The translations under genes were made by a program, and so were the position numbers. Shown here piece after piece: positions 9,239-18,230 of a stretch of 64,000 nt of DNA. Location of the stretch: assembly GCA_965209055.1 (NCBI GenBank), contig OZ242374.1, positions 1,504,001 to 1,568,000 of the forward strand. Reading direction: 5' to 3'. The notes under the pieces were generated by a model. It saw nothing but the letters and a program-made list of their open reading frames with translations. It ran no database searches and was not told the origin of the DNA. The stretch is from Acidobacteriota bacterium. GTDB lineage: Bacteria > Acidobacteriota > UBA6911 > RPQK01 > JAJDTT01. The first letter of the stretch is position 1, and each line of letters starts with the position of its first letter.

Positions 9239-12200
9239 TCGCGCTGCTCCGGCGGCCGTTTTCCCGGCGAGGGTCGCGTAAGCCCTTCTGGGAACGGCCG
9301 GTGCCGGAAGAAGATCCCATCGTCAATTCCTCGCTGGCCGTTCCCATGGCGGTGAGTTCCCTGCTGCTGATGGTGACGCTCATCTGGGCGTTCTACGATG
9401 AAGGCTGGGGCCTCAGGCCGTGGAGGGCGCACCAGGCCGAGTTCGTTGAGCGCTACTCCACGTTTCTGAGAGGCATGAAGCCGCAGCAGGGGAGCCAGGA
9501 GGAGGAGATCAGGGCTTCGGACGGATACCTGGCGTTGCAGCAGCAGCAACAGGAGGCGGAAGCCGACGTCACTCCCCGGCTGGCGGAGATCACGGCCGAG
9601 GAAGGATCCGTCGAAGCCAAGCTCGGCGCCATCGAAAAGACCTTCGCCACGGCCCGGAGCGAGATTCAGGCCACCATCTACCTGATTGAGACCACGTCCG
9701 GCTCAGCCAGAAAGGGTTACGAAGAAGACCGCGAGGAGTTGGAGCAGAGACGCTACGAGATTCTGCTTCCCGGCGAAGACGCCCCTCAGGAGTTGAGCTA
9801 CGTCGAGTTGGAGGTCATGTTCAATTCCCTGAAAGACCAGCAGGGACGGGTTCGGGCCCGGAAGGCGGCGGTGCTGCAACGGCCGAGCCAGATCCGGCGA
9901 GAGATGCAGACCTACGTGGCGAATCGCATGGAAGGGCTCACGGCCAGTCAGATTCAGGGCCTGATCAATGGGCTGGACGACTTTGAGTACGGGATCCACC
10001 AGATCCACAATGGAGACATGGGCCTGGTGGACCGGTGCGAGACGTGTCACCTGGGGATCACCGAGCCGGTAACGATCCGCGCCGCCGACATGGGCGGAAT
10101 GGAACTCTTCGCCAGCCATCCCAGGTCGGAGTTGTTGGATGTTCACGACCCGGAGGTGTACGGTTGCTCCCCCTGCCACAACGGGAACGGAATCGGCACC
10201 GTAAGTACTGATACCGGCCACGGACGATACAAGCATTGGCTCTGGCCCCTCTATCCGCCCGAGAACATGGAAGCCGGCTGCCTGCGGTGCCACGGCGACG
10301 CCGCCCGGCTGGACATGGCCCCGGTGTTGAGCGCGGGCCGCGAGCAGTTCCGGTGGCGCGGCTGTTGGGGCTGCCATCCCCGGCAGGGCTTCGACCAGGA
10401 ACGGCTTGCGTTGCTGGTCAACCAAAAAGACGTGACGACCCTGGAAGCCGAAAAAGAGGCCGTCCGGCTCCTGATCGAGCGGACGGTGGGCCAGGCCGAC
10501 GAAGCCGAAACCAACGAGGAGGCGAATCGCCTCTACGCTGAGGCGGATCGTCTCACACTGCGGGTCGCCGACCTCGACACCCGGGTCGACCGGGAGCGGG
10601 ACCGGGGCCGGCAGCTTCTCCAAGAGGTCAAGACACCCGGGCCGAATCTCAAGGAGGTCCGGGTCAAGCTGCGCCGCGACTGGTTGCCTGGCTGGATCGA
10701 GAATCCCCACAATTTCCGGCCCACCACCAAGATGCCGCATTTTCGCCTGGAAGAGGATCAGGCCCGGGCGATTGCGGCATTCGTCTGGCAGTCCGGCGTC
10801 AATGGAGAGCTGGAGAATCATGCCCAAGGCGATGCGGAACGGGGCAAGGTGCTGTTCGAGACTCGAGGGTGCATGGCCTGTCACGCCATTGGCGAAGGGG
10901 ACGAGGAGGTCGGAGGGACCTTCGCGGCCAATCTGAGCCGTGTGGGCGACAAGGTGAACTTTGACTACCTGGTGCGCTGGATTCGCAATCCGCGAAAACG
11001 GACGCTCCCCTACTGTCCGACGCTCAAGCGGGACCTCACTCCCGAAGACTATGCAGCCGCCGGGAAACCGTTCCTTTTCGACCTTCAAAACAATGAATGT
11101 CCGGTCTGCGGCGGAACTCTCCAGGTGCAGAATCCCACGGTCATGCCCAACCTGCGTCTGACCGTGCAAGAGAGCCGCGACATTGCAACCTACCTGAAGA
11201 GCCAGGCGCCCGGCGCCGAATACGCTGCCGCGGCGTGGCTTGAGGATTCGGAACTGGCGCCCAAGGGACGGGCCATGGTTCGCCACTTCGGCTGTGCCGG
11301 CTGCCACGAGATCGCGACCCTGGAGGATGAAGGAAAGATCGGGACCGATCTCACGGAGGAGGGCAGCAAACCGCTGGAGCGCCTCGATTTTGCGTTGCTC
11401 ACCCAGACCGCCAAGCGGGAGGGTTGGTACAACCACAAGGGATTCTTCGAGCGGAAGCTGGAGAACCCGGCCGTCTACGATCAGGGCAAGCTCAAGGAGC
11501 CGCTGGAGCGCCTCCGGATGCCCAATTTCCATCTGGAACCGGAGGAGATCACCCAGCTCACCACCTACCTGTTGGGGAGCGTGACGCCTGAGGACCGGGT
11601 TCCGGAGCGTTATCACTACCAGCCGCGGGACCAGAGGAGTCACATCCAAGAGGGCTGGGAAATTATCCTCAAGTACAACTGCATGGGGTGCCACCAGGTG
11701 GCGCCGGGTCAGCAGCCCATCGTCAAGAGTCTGCCGCTGTACCAGCAGGATGACTGGCGCGAGCAAGTGCCTCCCCCGTTGGTCGGCGAGGGAGCAAGAG
11801 TCGATCCCAACTGGTTGACCCGTTTCCTGAAGAATCCGGCTCTGGACGAGGAGCGGCCCAACCGTAACGGAGTTCGGCCCTACCTCCAGATCCGGATGCC
11901 CACCTTCACCCTTTCCGATGGGGAAGTAGAGAAGCTGGTCCGTTTCTTCGGGGCGCTGGCGCAGCAGCCATTGCCCTATCTGCCCAAGACTCTGGAACCG
12001 CTATCGCAGCGGGAGCTGACCATGGCCCGCCAGCTCTTCACGCACCCGGCGGCGCCCTGCCTGCGGTGTCATGCCACCGGCGACCCGCAGCACGACCGCA
12101 ATGCAACGGCGCCCAGCTTCGAATTGGTGAGTGAACGCCTGCAGCCGGACTGGACCCGGCGCTGGATGGTTCATCCGGAGATCATACAGCCGGGGACCTC

Positions 12201-12360
12201 CATGCCGTCGGGACTGTTCGAGCGTGAAGAGAACCGCTGGATCTTCGCTTTGGCGGATCTCCCCATCATGAAGGACTACGAGAAGGACCACGCCGACCTT
12301 GTGCTACGATACATGTTCCAGTTCACGCGACAGGAACAGCGTCGGCTCAGAGGTCGATGA
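9223..12360 (+). CDS. Membrane-anchored octaheme cytochrome c
   Basis: Eight CxxCH motifs: CETCH, CSPCH, CLRCH, CWGCH, CMACH, CAGCH, CMGCH, CLRCH. N-terminal TM helix and coiled-coil segments. The start could be the GTG at 9301. Confidence 0.92.
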   Translation: MVQRLIALLRRPFSRRGSRKPFWERPVPEEDPIVNSSLAVPMAVSSLLLMVTLIWAFYDEGWGLRPWRAHQAEFVERYSTFLRGMKPQQGSQEEEIRASDGYLALQQQQQEAEADVTPRLAEITAEEGSVEAKLGAIEKTFATARSEIQATIYLIETTSGSARKGYEEDREELEQRRYEILLPGEDAPQELSYVELEVMFNSLKDQQGRVRARKAAVLQRPSQIRREMQTYVANRMEGLTASQIQGLINGLDDFEYGIHQIHNGDMGLVDRCETCHLGITEPVTIRAADMGGMELFASHPRSELLDVHDPEVYGCSPCHNGNGIGTVSTDTGHGRYKHWLWPLYPPENMEAGCLRCHGDAARLDMAPVLSAGREQFRWRGCWGCHPRQGFDQERLALLVNQKDVTTLEAEKEAVRLLIERTVGQADEAETNEEANRLYAEADRLTLRVADLDTRVDRERDRGRQLLQEVKTPGPNLKEVRVKLRRDWLPGWIENPHNFRPTTKMPHFRLEEDQARAIAAFVWQSGVNGELENHAQGDAERGKVLFETRGCMACHAIGEGDEEVGGTFAANLSRVGDKVNFDYLVRWIRNPRKRTLPYCPTLKRDLTPEDYAAAGKPFLFDLQNNECPVCGGTLQVQNPTVMPNLRLTVQESRDIATYLKSQAPGAEYAAAAWLEDSELAPKGRAMVRHFGCAGCHEIATLEDEGKIGTDLTEEGSKPLERLDFALLTQTAKREGWYNHKGFFERKLENPAVYDQGKLKEPLERLRMPNFHLEPEEITQLTTYLLGSVTPEDRVPERYHYQPRDQRSHIQEGWEIILKYNCMGCHQVAPGQQPIVKSLPLYQQDDWREQVPPPLVGEGARVDPNWLTRFLKNPALDEERPNRNGVRPYLQIRMPTFTLSDGEVEKLVRFFGALAQQPLPYLPKTLEPLSQRELTMARQLFTHPAAPCLRCHATGDPQHDRNATAPSFELVSERLQPDWTRRWMVHPEIIQPGTSMPSGLFEREENRWIFALADLPIMKDYEKDHADLVLRYMFQFTRQEQRRLRGR

Positions 12361-12369
12361 TCTACGATG

Positions 12370-12396
12370 GGCCCGTGACATGAGGCGTCACGGGCC
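12370..12396 (+). other. Intra-operon stem-loop (10-bp perfect stem)
   Basis: GGCCCGTGAC-ATGAGGC-GTCACGGGCC directly after the octaheme stop; no U-tract. Confidence 0.6.
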
Positions 12397-12448
12397 GCAA
12401 TGCACAGACCGCCCGTTCGGGACAGACAATCTTCCGGGAGAGAAGAAC

Positions 12449-13228
12449 ATGGAGAGAGCACAGTTTATTTTCGTATTGGTGATGGCTGGACTGCTGGTGG
12501 CGTCATGCGGCGGCGGAGGCGGCGCGGAGCCCGCAGCCGACGAGGCGCCGGCGCCGGCGGCAGACGCGAAGCCGGCCCCCGACCTGTCCCAGGCCGGTTC
12601 GGTGTCGGGCATGGTCAGCTTCGGCGGCGACACGCCGAAAAACGCCCGCCTTCGCATGGATGCCGATCCGGTCTGCGTCAAGGAGCATTCGGGCATTGTC
12701 CGGAGTCAGGATGTCCTGATCGGCGATGGCGGCGCCTTGATCAACACCTTCGTCTGGGTCAAGAGCGGACTCGAGCAGTACGGCTTCGACACCCCCTCCG
12801 ACCCGGTCACGCTGGACCAGAAGGGGTGTATCTACACCCCCCATGTCCTGGGAATCCAGACCCGGCAGAAGCTCCACGTTCTCAACAGCGACGGGACCAC
12901 CCACAACGTTCATCCCCTTCCCAGGAACAACCGGGAGTGGAACCAGTCGCAGCGGGCCAAGGGCAAGCCGCTGGTCCGGTCGTTTCCCCGAGCCGAGGTC
13001 ATGATTCCGGTCAAGTGCAACGTGCATCCCTGGATGAAGGCCTACATCGGCGTCGTGCCTCATCCCTACTATGCCGTCACCGGAACCGACGGAGCCTTCT
13101 CGATCGAGAACCTTCCGCCGGGCGACTACGTCATCGAGGCCTGGCACGAGAAGTTCGGGGTCCAGGAGCAGCAGGTGACGGTCCAGGCCAGCGAGGCCAA
13201 GGAAGTCAGCTTCGAGTTCTCCGGCTGA
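12449..13228 (+). CDS. Lipoprotein with a cupredoxin-like core and a carboxypeptidase-regulatory-like domain
   Basis: Lipobox LLVASC, Ala/Pro linker, LDQKGCIY, THNVH...CNVHPWM, GAFSIENLPPGDY. Confidence 0.8.
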   Translation: MERAQFIFVLVMAGLLVASCGGGGGAEPAADEAPAPAADAKPAPDLSQAGSVSGMVSFGGDTPKNARLRMDADPVCVKEHSGIVRSQDVLIGDGGALINTFVWVKSGLEQYGFDTPSDPVTLDQKGCIYTPHVLGIQTRQKLHVLNSDGTTHNVHPLPRNNREWNQSQRAKGKPLVRSFPRAEVMIPVKCNVHPWMKAYIGVVPHPYYAVTGTDGAFSIENLPPGDYVIEAWHEKFGVQEQQVTVQASEAKEVSFEFSG

Positions 13229-13242
13229 TCCGCATTCAGCGA

Positions 13243-13342
13243 GGAGCGGCGGCATTCTTGCCGCCGCACGCCCAAGTCACGGTCACGTGACGCGGGACCG
13301 GGAGAAAAAGAGTGGGGGGAGACAAGAATGTTCTCCCCCTCC
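13243..13342. repeat. REPIN-like inverted pair of GGAG-type REPs
   Basis: GGAGCGGCGGCATTCTTGCCGCCG (13243-13266) and, on the minus strand, GGAGGGGGAGAACATTCTTGTCTCCCCCC (13342-13314). Confidence 0.7.
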
Positions 13343-13374
13343 CGACAGGCCGAATCTCACAAGGCAGTTCCAGC

Positions 13375-14316
13375 GTGGGGCCCCAGAGTCTTCATACAGT
13401 CCACAGGTTCGCGGTGGTGACCGCCGCGGCCACCTTCCTCCTTCTGGTGGCGGGGGCCCTGGTCACCAGCAACGACGCCGGCCTTTCGGTCCCGGATTGG
13501 CCCCTCTCCCACGGCAGTCTCATGCCCGAGATGGTGGGAGGGGTGTTCTATGAGCATTCCCACCGCCTGATCGCTGCGACGGTGGCGATTCTGACCTTGA
13601 TTCTGGCCATCTGGTTGAGCCGGGTGGAGACGCGTCCCCGAGTCCGGCGTCTGGCCTGGATCGCGGTGGCGATGGTCCTGGCCCAGGCCCTGCTGGGCGG
13701 CCTCACCGTATTGTTTTTCCTGCCCGTCGCCATTTCGGTCCTCCATGCCTGTCTCGCGCAGTTGTTCTTCTGCGCCGTGGTGGTAATCGCACTGGTCACG
13801 TCCTCGAATTGGCGGGGGCGTAGCCTTTCCGCCTTCTGTCCCGGCGAGAACCGGCGCAACGCCATTTTCTGCGCGGTGGCCACGGGCTCCGTCTATCTCC
13901 AGTTGATTCTGGGCGCTCTGGTGCGGCACACGGGGACCAGCGAGGGCAGCAAGGGGGTCACTCTGGTGACCCACGCGCTTCTCACCCACATGGCCGGCGC
14001 CGTGCTGGCCGGCGGCCTTCTCATCATGGCCGCCGTCAAGGTGTTCAAGAACCCGAGGCTCGGAGCATTCACGGGTGGAGCCTACGCCCTCGTCATTCTG
14101 GTGTTGCTTCAGTTCGTGTTGGGTGTGGGCGCACTATGGGCCCGCGTCGTGAGAATCGGGGCAACACAACCGTTCCCGTTGGGGGTCTTCCTGACCACCT
14201 CGCACCTGGCGCTGGGGGCAATTCTCCTGGTGACAGCCCTGGTGCTCACCTTGCAGCTCTCTTTTTCGAGTGCCGGCGAGCCGGCTGCGAGAGGTCGCTC
14301 CGTAGCGGCCGGTTGA
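13375..14316 (+). CDS. ctaA: Heme A synthase (COX15/CtaA family)
   Basis: GLSVPDWP, EHSHRL, LHACLAQ, SHLALG. The track start at 13312 lies inside a REP, so the GTG at 13375 is preferred. Confidence 0.88.
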   Translation: MGPQSLHTVHRFAVVTAAATFLLLVAGALVTSNDAGLSVPDWPLSHGSLMPEMVGGVFYEHSHRLIAATVAILTLILAIWLSRVETRPRVRRLAWIAVAMVLAQALLGGLTVLFFLPVAISVLHACLAQLFFCAVVVIALVTSSNWRGRSLSAFCPGENRRNAIFCAVATGSVYLQLILGALVRHTGTSEGSKGVTLVTHALLTHMAGAVLAGGLLIMAAVKVFKNPRLGAFTGGAYALVILVLLQFVLGVGALWARVVRIGATQPFPLGVFLTTSHLALGAILLVTALVLTLQLSFSSAGEPAARGRSVAAG

Positions 14317-14359
14317 AAGGGGCCGCCACTCTTCACGGTGACGGTGTCCGTCCCCGGAG

Positions 14360-15211
14360 TTGGATCGCATGTTGGCTTATCTGGAGTTGACGAAGCCCCG
14401 GGTCACGTTGATGGTGGCCCTGACGGCGTTGGTCAGCTTCTACCTGGCTTCCACCGACATCGATTTCGTTCTTCTGGTCCACACCATCGTGGGGACGACC
14501 CTGCTGGCCGCCGGTTGCGCGGTCTCGAACCAGTACCTGGAGCGCGAGGTGGATGCGCGGATGCAGCGGACCCGAAGCCGGCCGCTCCCTTCGGGCCGGA
14601 TCACGCCGGCAAAGGCGCTGGTATTCGGAGTGGTTCTCACCTTGGGCGGTGGGCTTTATCTGGGAGCGGCGGCGAACTGGCTCACTGGAGGTCTGGGGTT
14701 GGCATCGGCCGCCCTGTACCTTTTCGGCTATACCCCCTTCAAGAGAAAGTCGCCCCTCTGCACCACCATCGGCGCCTTCCCGGGCGCCACTCCCGTGCTC
14801 CTGGGCTGGGCGGGCGCCAGAGGCACGTTGGATCCGGGGGCGTGGGTCCTCTTCGCCGTGCTCTTCCTCTGGCAGTACCCTCACTTTCTGGCGATTGCGT
14901 GGGTCTATAGAGACGACTATCGGCGAGGGGGATTCCGGATGTTGCCCCAGATGGACCCCGGGGGAAGAAAGACGGCGCGCCAGATCCTGATCTTCATCCT
15001 GCTGTTGGTGCCGGTCAGCCTGCTTCCGACCCAGGTGGGGCTCAGCAGCACTCTCTATGCGGCCGGCGCCGTCATCCTGGGCGGCGGTCTCCTCTGGTCG
15101 GGCCTCCGTGTGAACCGGACCCGTTCCCGCGCCGCGGCTCACACGCTGCTGAAGACCTCCGTGGTCTACCTCCCCCTTCTCATGGTCCTGATGGCGCTGG
15201 ATCGGCTCTGA
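14360..15211 (+). CDS. ctaB: Protoheme IX farnesyltransferase (heme O synthase)
   Basis: LTKPRV, NQYLEREVDARMQRTRSRPLPSG, WQYPHF, DDY. Confidence 0.95.
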   Translation: MDRMLAYLELTKPRVTLMVALTALVSFYLASTDIDFVLLVHTIVGTTLLAAGCAVSNQYLEREVDARMQRTRSRPLPSGRITPAKALVFGVVLTLGGGLYLGAAANWLTGGLGLASAALYLFGYTPFKRKSPLCTTIGAFPGATPVLLGWAGARGTLDPGAWVLFAVLFLWQYPHFLAIAWVYRDDYRRGGFRMLPQMDPGGRKTARQILIFILLLVPVSLLPTQVGLSSTLYAAGAVILGGGLLWSGLRVNRTRSRAAAHTLLKTSVVYLPLLMVLMALDRL

Positions 15212-15224
15212 GGAAGGTACGCCA

Positions 15225-16220
15225 GTGCGAACGCCAGCCTCCCGGTCCACAGGGTCCGAATCAAACATCGACGCCGCGTCGGTCTCCTTCGTCGACGTCC
15301 GGGACCTCGCCTTCCGTTACGGTGACCGCAAGGCCCTGGACGGGATCAACTTCTCGCTGGACCGCGGCCGGATCCTGGGGCTGTTGGGTCCCAACGGTTC
15401 CGGCAAGACCACCCTGTTCCGGATTCTCTGCACCTTGTTGCAGCCCCACGGCGGACAGGTCCGGTTGGCGGGTCTGGATCCGGCAACGGACCCGGCCGGG
15501 GTCCGCCGGCGGATGGGGGTCGTCTTCCAGACCAACAGTCTGGACCAGGAATTGACGGTGGCCGAGAATCTGGTCTGCCAGGGCCGTCTCCATGGGTTGC
15601 GCGGGGCTCGTCTCAAGACCAGGATCGAAGAATTGTTGGAGCGTTTCGATCTCGGCGGGAGGCGCAACTCCAGGGTCCGGACTCTCTCCGGCGGGATGCG
15701 GCGCCGGACCGAACTGGCCAAGGGCCTGCTGCATCGTCCGCAGATCCTGCTGTTGGATGAACCCACGGCGGGCCTGGATCCTCACATCCGCCAGGAATTC
15801 TGGGAACATCTGACCGACCTTCGCGATTCGGCCGGGATCACGATCCTCTTCACGACCCATCTGATGGAAGAGGCGGAAGTCTGCGATCGCGTCGTCATCC
15901 TGGACCAGGGCCGGGTCGTGACCGAGGGGAGCCCGGTCGAACTCAAGGACCGGATCGGCGGCGACGTGATCGTCGTGCATGCCCGCGACCCCAATGGCCT
16001 GAAGGCGCGAATCCAGGCGCGATTTCCGGGGCCCGCGTCGGTGGTGAATGGGGCGGTCCGCATGGAGCAACGCCGCGGCCACGAGTTGATCCGGGACCTG
16101 ATGGAAGAGTTCTCGGGTGAGATCCAGGCGGTCTCCCTGGGAAAGCCGACCCTGGAAGACGTCTTCATCCGGGAGACGGGCCGGGAGTTTCAGGCGTCTG
16201 CCGAGGAAATGTCCCGGTAG
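15225..16220 (+). CDS. ABC transporter ATP-binding protein (DrrA-like)
   Basis: GPNGSGKT, LSGGMRRR, LLLDEPT, TTH, C-terminal PTLEDVF. Confidence 0.93.
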   Translation: MRTPASRSTGSESNIDAASVSFVDVRDLAFRYGDRKALDGINFSLDRGRILGLLGPNGSGKTTLFRILCTLLQPHGGQVRLAGLDPATDPAGVRRRMGVVFQTNSLDQELTVAENLVCQGRLHGLRGARLKTRIEELLERFDLGGRRNSRVRTLSGGMRRRTELAKGLLHRPQILLLDEPTAGLDPHIRQEFWEHLTDLRDSAGITILFTTHLMEEAEVCDRVVILDQGRVVTEGSPVELKDRIGGDVIVVHARDPNGLKARIQARFPGPASVVNGAVRMEQRRGHELIRDLMEEFSGEIQAVSLGKPTLEDVFIRETGREFQASAEEMSR

Positions 16221-16678
16221 CGGCCCCGATAAAAGAGAAGGGGGTCGGTCCCGGGGTCACCGAGGCGGGCGGCTTTGACTTCTCCCACCAGGATGACGTG
16301 ATCTCCTCCGGCGTACTCGTGGACGGTCTCGCACTCGAACCGGGCCATGGAGCCGGTCACCACGGGAACGCCGGTTTCACCTGGGGCATAGGGCCCCTGA
16401 GACCGGTCGGTTCCGCGGCTGGCGAAATGGTTGGAGACATCTTGCTGGTCTCTGGTCAGGATGTTCACGGCGAAGCGGCCGCTCTCCAGGAAGATGTCCA
16501 GTCCGGTGAGACCGTTGTCCAGGCAAACCAGGACCAGAGGAGGATCCAGGGACACGGAGGTGAACGAGTTGACGGTGAGGCCGTAGGGAACACCCTCGCG
16601 GTCCTGGGTCGTGACCACCGTTACGCCGGTGGCGAAACAGCCGGCAACCTTGCGAAAAAGATCCGGGGAGACTCCCAT
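16190..16678 (-). CDS. Flavin reductase family protein
   Basis: FRKVAGCFATGVTVVT, NSFTSVSLDPPLV, GGDHVILVGEV, PLLFYRGRY. Confidence 0.93.
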   Translation of the reverse strand: MGVSPDLFRKVAGCFATGVTVVTTQDREGVPYGLTVNSFTSVSLDPPLVLVCLDNGLTGLDIFLESGRFAVNILTRDQQDVSNHFASRGTDRSQGPYAPGETGVPVVTGSMARFECETVHEYAGGDHVILVGEVKAARLGDPGTDPLLFYRGRYRDISSADA

Positions 16679-16761
16679 GCGTCCTCTCAGGAGGCGAGAC
16701 TATACCAGTTGGTGTCTTCTGCGGCCACTTGGTCGACTCGCTGACGACAGGAGGAAGAAAA

Positions 16762-17340
16762 ATGGAAGACAGCACATATATTGAGGCGCCAGCCGTTCTC
16801 CCGGCGATCGAGGAAGACACCCGGCGCCTCGAGTTCAGCATGGGTTCCGATTACCAGACCGGCGTCCTGCTGCGGACTCTGGCGGCCAGCAAACCGGGTG
16901 GACGGCTCCTGGAGTTGGGGACCGGGACGGGACTGGCGACGGCCTGGATCCTTGACGGAATGGATCGGGGCTCGCGGCTGATCACGGTCGATCTCGACCC
17001 GGCCTGCCTGGAGGTGGCGAAACGCCATCTGGGAACGGACGCCCGTGTGGTTTTCCGCCAAGGCGATAGTGGAGATGTTATGGATTCCCTGCGGGGGACG
17101 CGATTCGATCTGATCTTCGCCGACGCCTGGGCCGGAAAATTCTGGGACTTCCAGAAGGCTGTGGATCTCCTGAACCAGGGAGGGATCTACGTCATCGACG
17201 ACCTGTTGCCGGCTCCCGCCTGGCCTCCCGATCACCCCCCGAAAGTGGACGCGCTGTTGGAACGAATACAGAATCACCCGGCCTTGACGTCATTGCGCCT
17301 GTCCTGGTCTACGGGGATCGTGGTTGCCGTCAAGGAATAG
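16762..17340 (+). CDS. Class I SAM-dependent O-methyltransferase
   Basis: LLELGTGTG, FDLIFADA, GGIYVIDD; AGGAGG RBS. Confidence 0.88.
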   Translation: MEDSTYIEAPAVLPAIEEDTRRLEFSMGSDYQTGVLLRTLAASKPGGRLLELGTGTGLATAWILDGMDRGSRLITVDLDPACLEVAKRHLGTDARVVFRQGDSGDVMDSLRGTRFDLIFADAWAGKFWDFQKAVDLLNQGGIYVIDDLLPAPAWPPDHPPKVDALLERIQNHPALTSLRLSWSTGIVVAVKE

Positions 17341-17442
17341 GATCGGAGACGAACGCCGGGCGCTTCATGTCCCTGCCGATTTGAACGCCAGACGATCAAA
17401 TCTCCCGACGACTGCCCAACCACTTGTCACGAATGGACCTCG

Positions 17443-17790
17443 TCAACTGTCGATGAGCCGGACCATCATGCGCCGGACGTGATCCTGTCCCCCGAAGAAC
17501 ACCGCCAGGATACGTACGCACTCATTTGTTTCATCGACGTCAAACCAGAAAATCGAGCGATTGATCGTCAGGTGTCGCAGTCCAGACAGAATATCGTCGT
17601 GACGTTCGCCTCGATGCGGCGCAAGCGATATGCGATGGGCGGCCGCTCGGATTTCCAGAACCCGAGCTTCAGCATGTTCAACCGCATTCTCAATATTCTC
17701 GCCGAAGCTGGTATAGCCTTTCAGGAGATGGTCGAATATCAACTCGTAATCCCGTTCGGCCTCCGCCGAAATCTCAAGCTGAAACGCCAT
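17443..17790 (-). CDS. RelE/ParE-family toxin
   Basis: ISAEAERDYELIFDHL, PHRGERHDDILSGLR, VRILAVFFGGQD. Confidence 0.88.
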   Translation of the reverse strand: MAFQLEISAEAERDYELIFDHLLKGYTSFGENIENAVEHAEARVLEIRAAAHRISLAPHRGERHDDILSGLRHLTINRSIFWFDVDETNECVRILAVFFGGQDHVRRMMVRLIDS

Positions 17791-18049
17791 GGACTCGACG
17801 TTTGTCGGCAAGCATCCTGCTCAGCCGCTCGTCCATTTCTTCCGCACCGACAAACTCGCCGGAGCGGCGGCGGGACAGGATTTCGTAAAGCGCCCTGCGT
17901 TCCAGGTCTTCGACTTCCAATCGCTGGCGCAGTTGTTCAATGCCCTGCTGAACGACCGCGCTGACACTGGCGTACCGCCCGGTATCCACCAACAACCTGG
18001 CAAAGGCGTGTTGCTCGTCAGTGAGAGAAATTGAGGACTTGACCGTCAA
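17774..18049 (-). CDS. ParD-like ribbon-helix-helix antitoxin
   Basis: TTG start after GGAGGG; SSISLTDEQHAFARLLVDTGRYASVSAVVQQGI; overlaps the toxin start. Confidence 0.85.
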   Translation of the reverse strand: MTVKSSISLTDEQHAFARLLVDTGRYASVSAVVQQGIEQLRQRLEVEDLERRALYEILSRRRSGEFVGAEEMDERLSRMLADKRRVHGVSA

Positions 18050-18070
18050 GAGGCACCCTCCTGTCAATAC

Positions 18071-18110
18071 GGTAGCACCAGGTAGCACCAGGTAGCGCCA
18101 GGTAGCACCG
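18071..18110. repeat. Four tandem 10-bp units upstream of parD (operator-like)
   Basis: GGTAGCACCA GGTAGCACCA GGTAGCGCCA GGTAGCACCG. Confidence 0.85.
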
Positions 18111-18230
18111 AGGTCAATCCGTGTCCGGGACGAGGTTCGGGGGGAGGAGAACCTGCGGGCTGAAGACGAACCCGACCCGGGAGGGCAAATCCAGCGCAGT
18201 CGGCAGACAGGGTATTTTCGATGAACACCG

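Noticed and set aside
13312-13374. N-terminal extension of CtaA
   Set aside because: The extension is translated REP sequence; a downstream GTG gives a normal start.
18071-18110. Tandem repeat as CRISPR, iteron or coding repeat
   Set aside because: The 10-bp units have no spacers and no rep gene is nearby. The ORF extensions across it (17774-18241, 18064-18999) lie upstream of the RBS-supported parD start or overlap a real gene.
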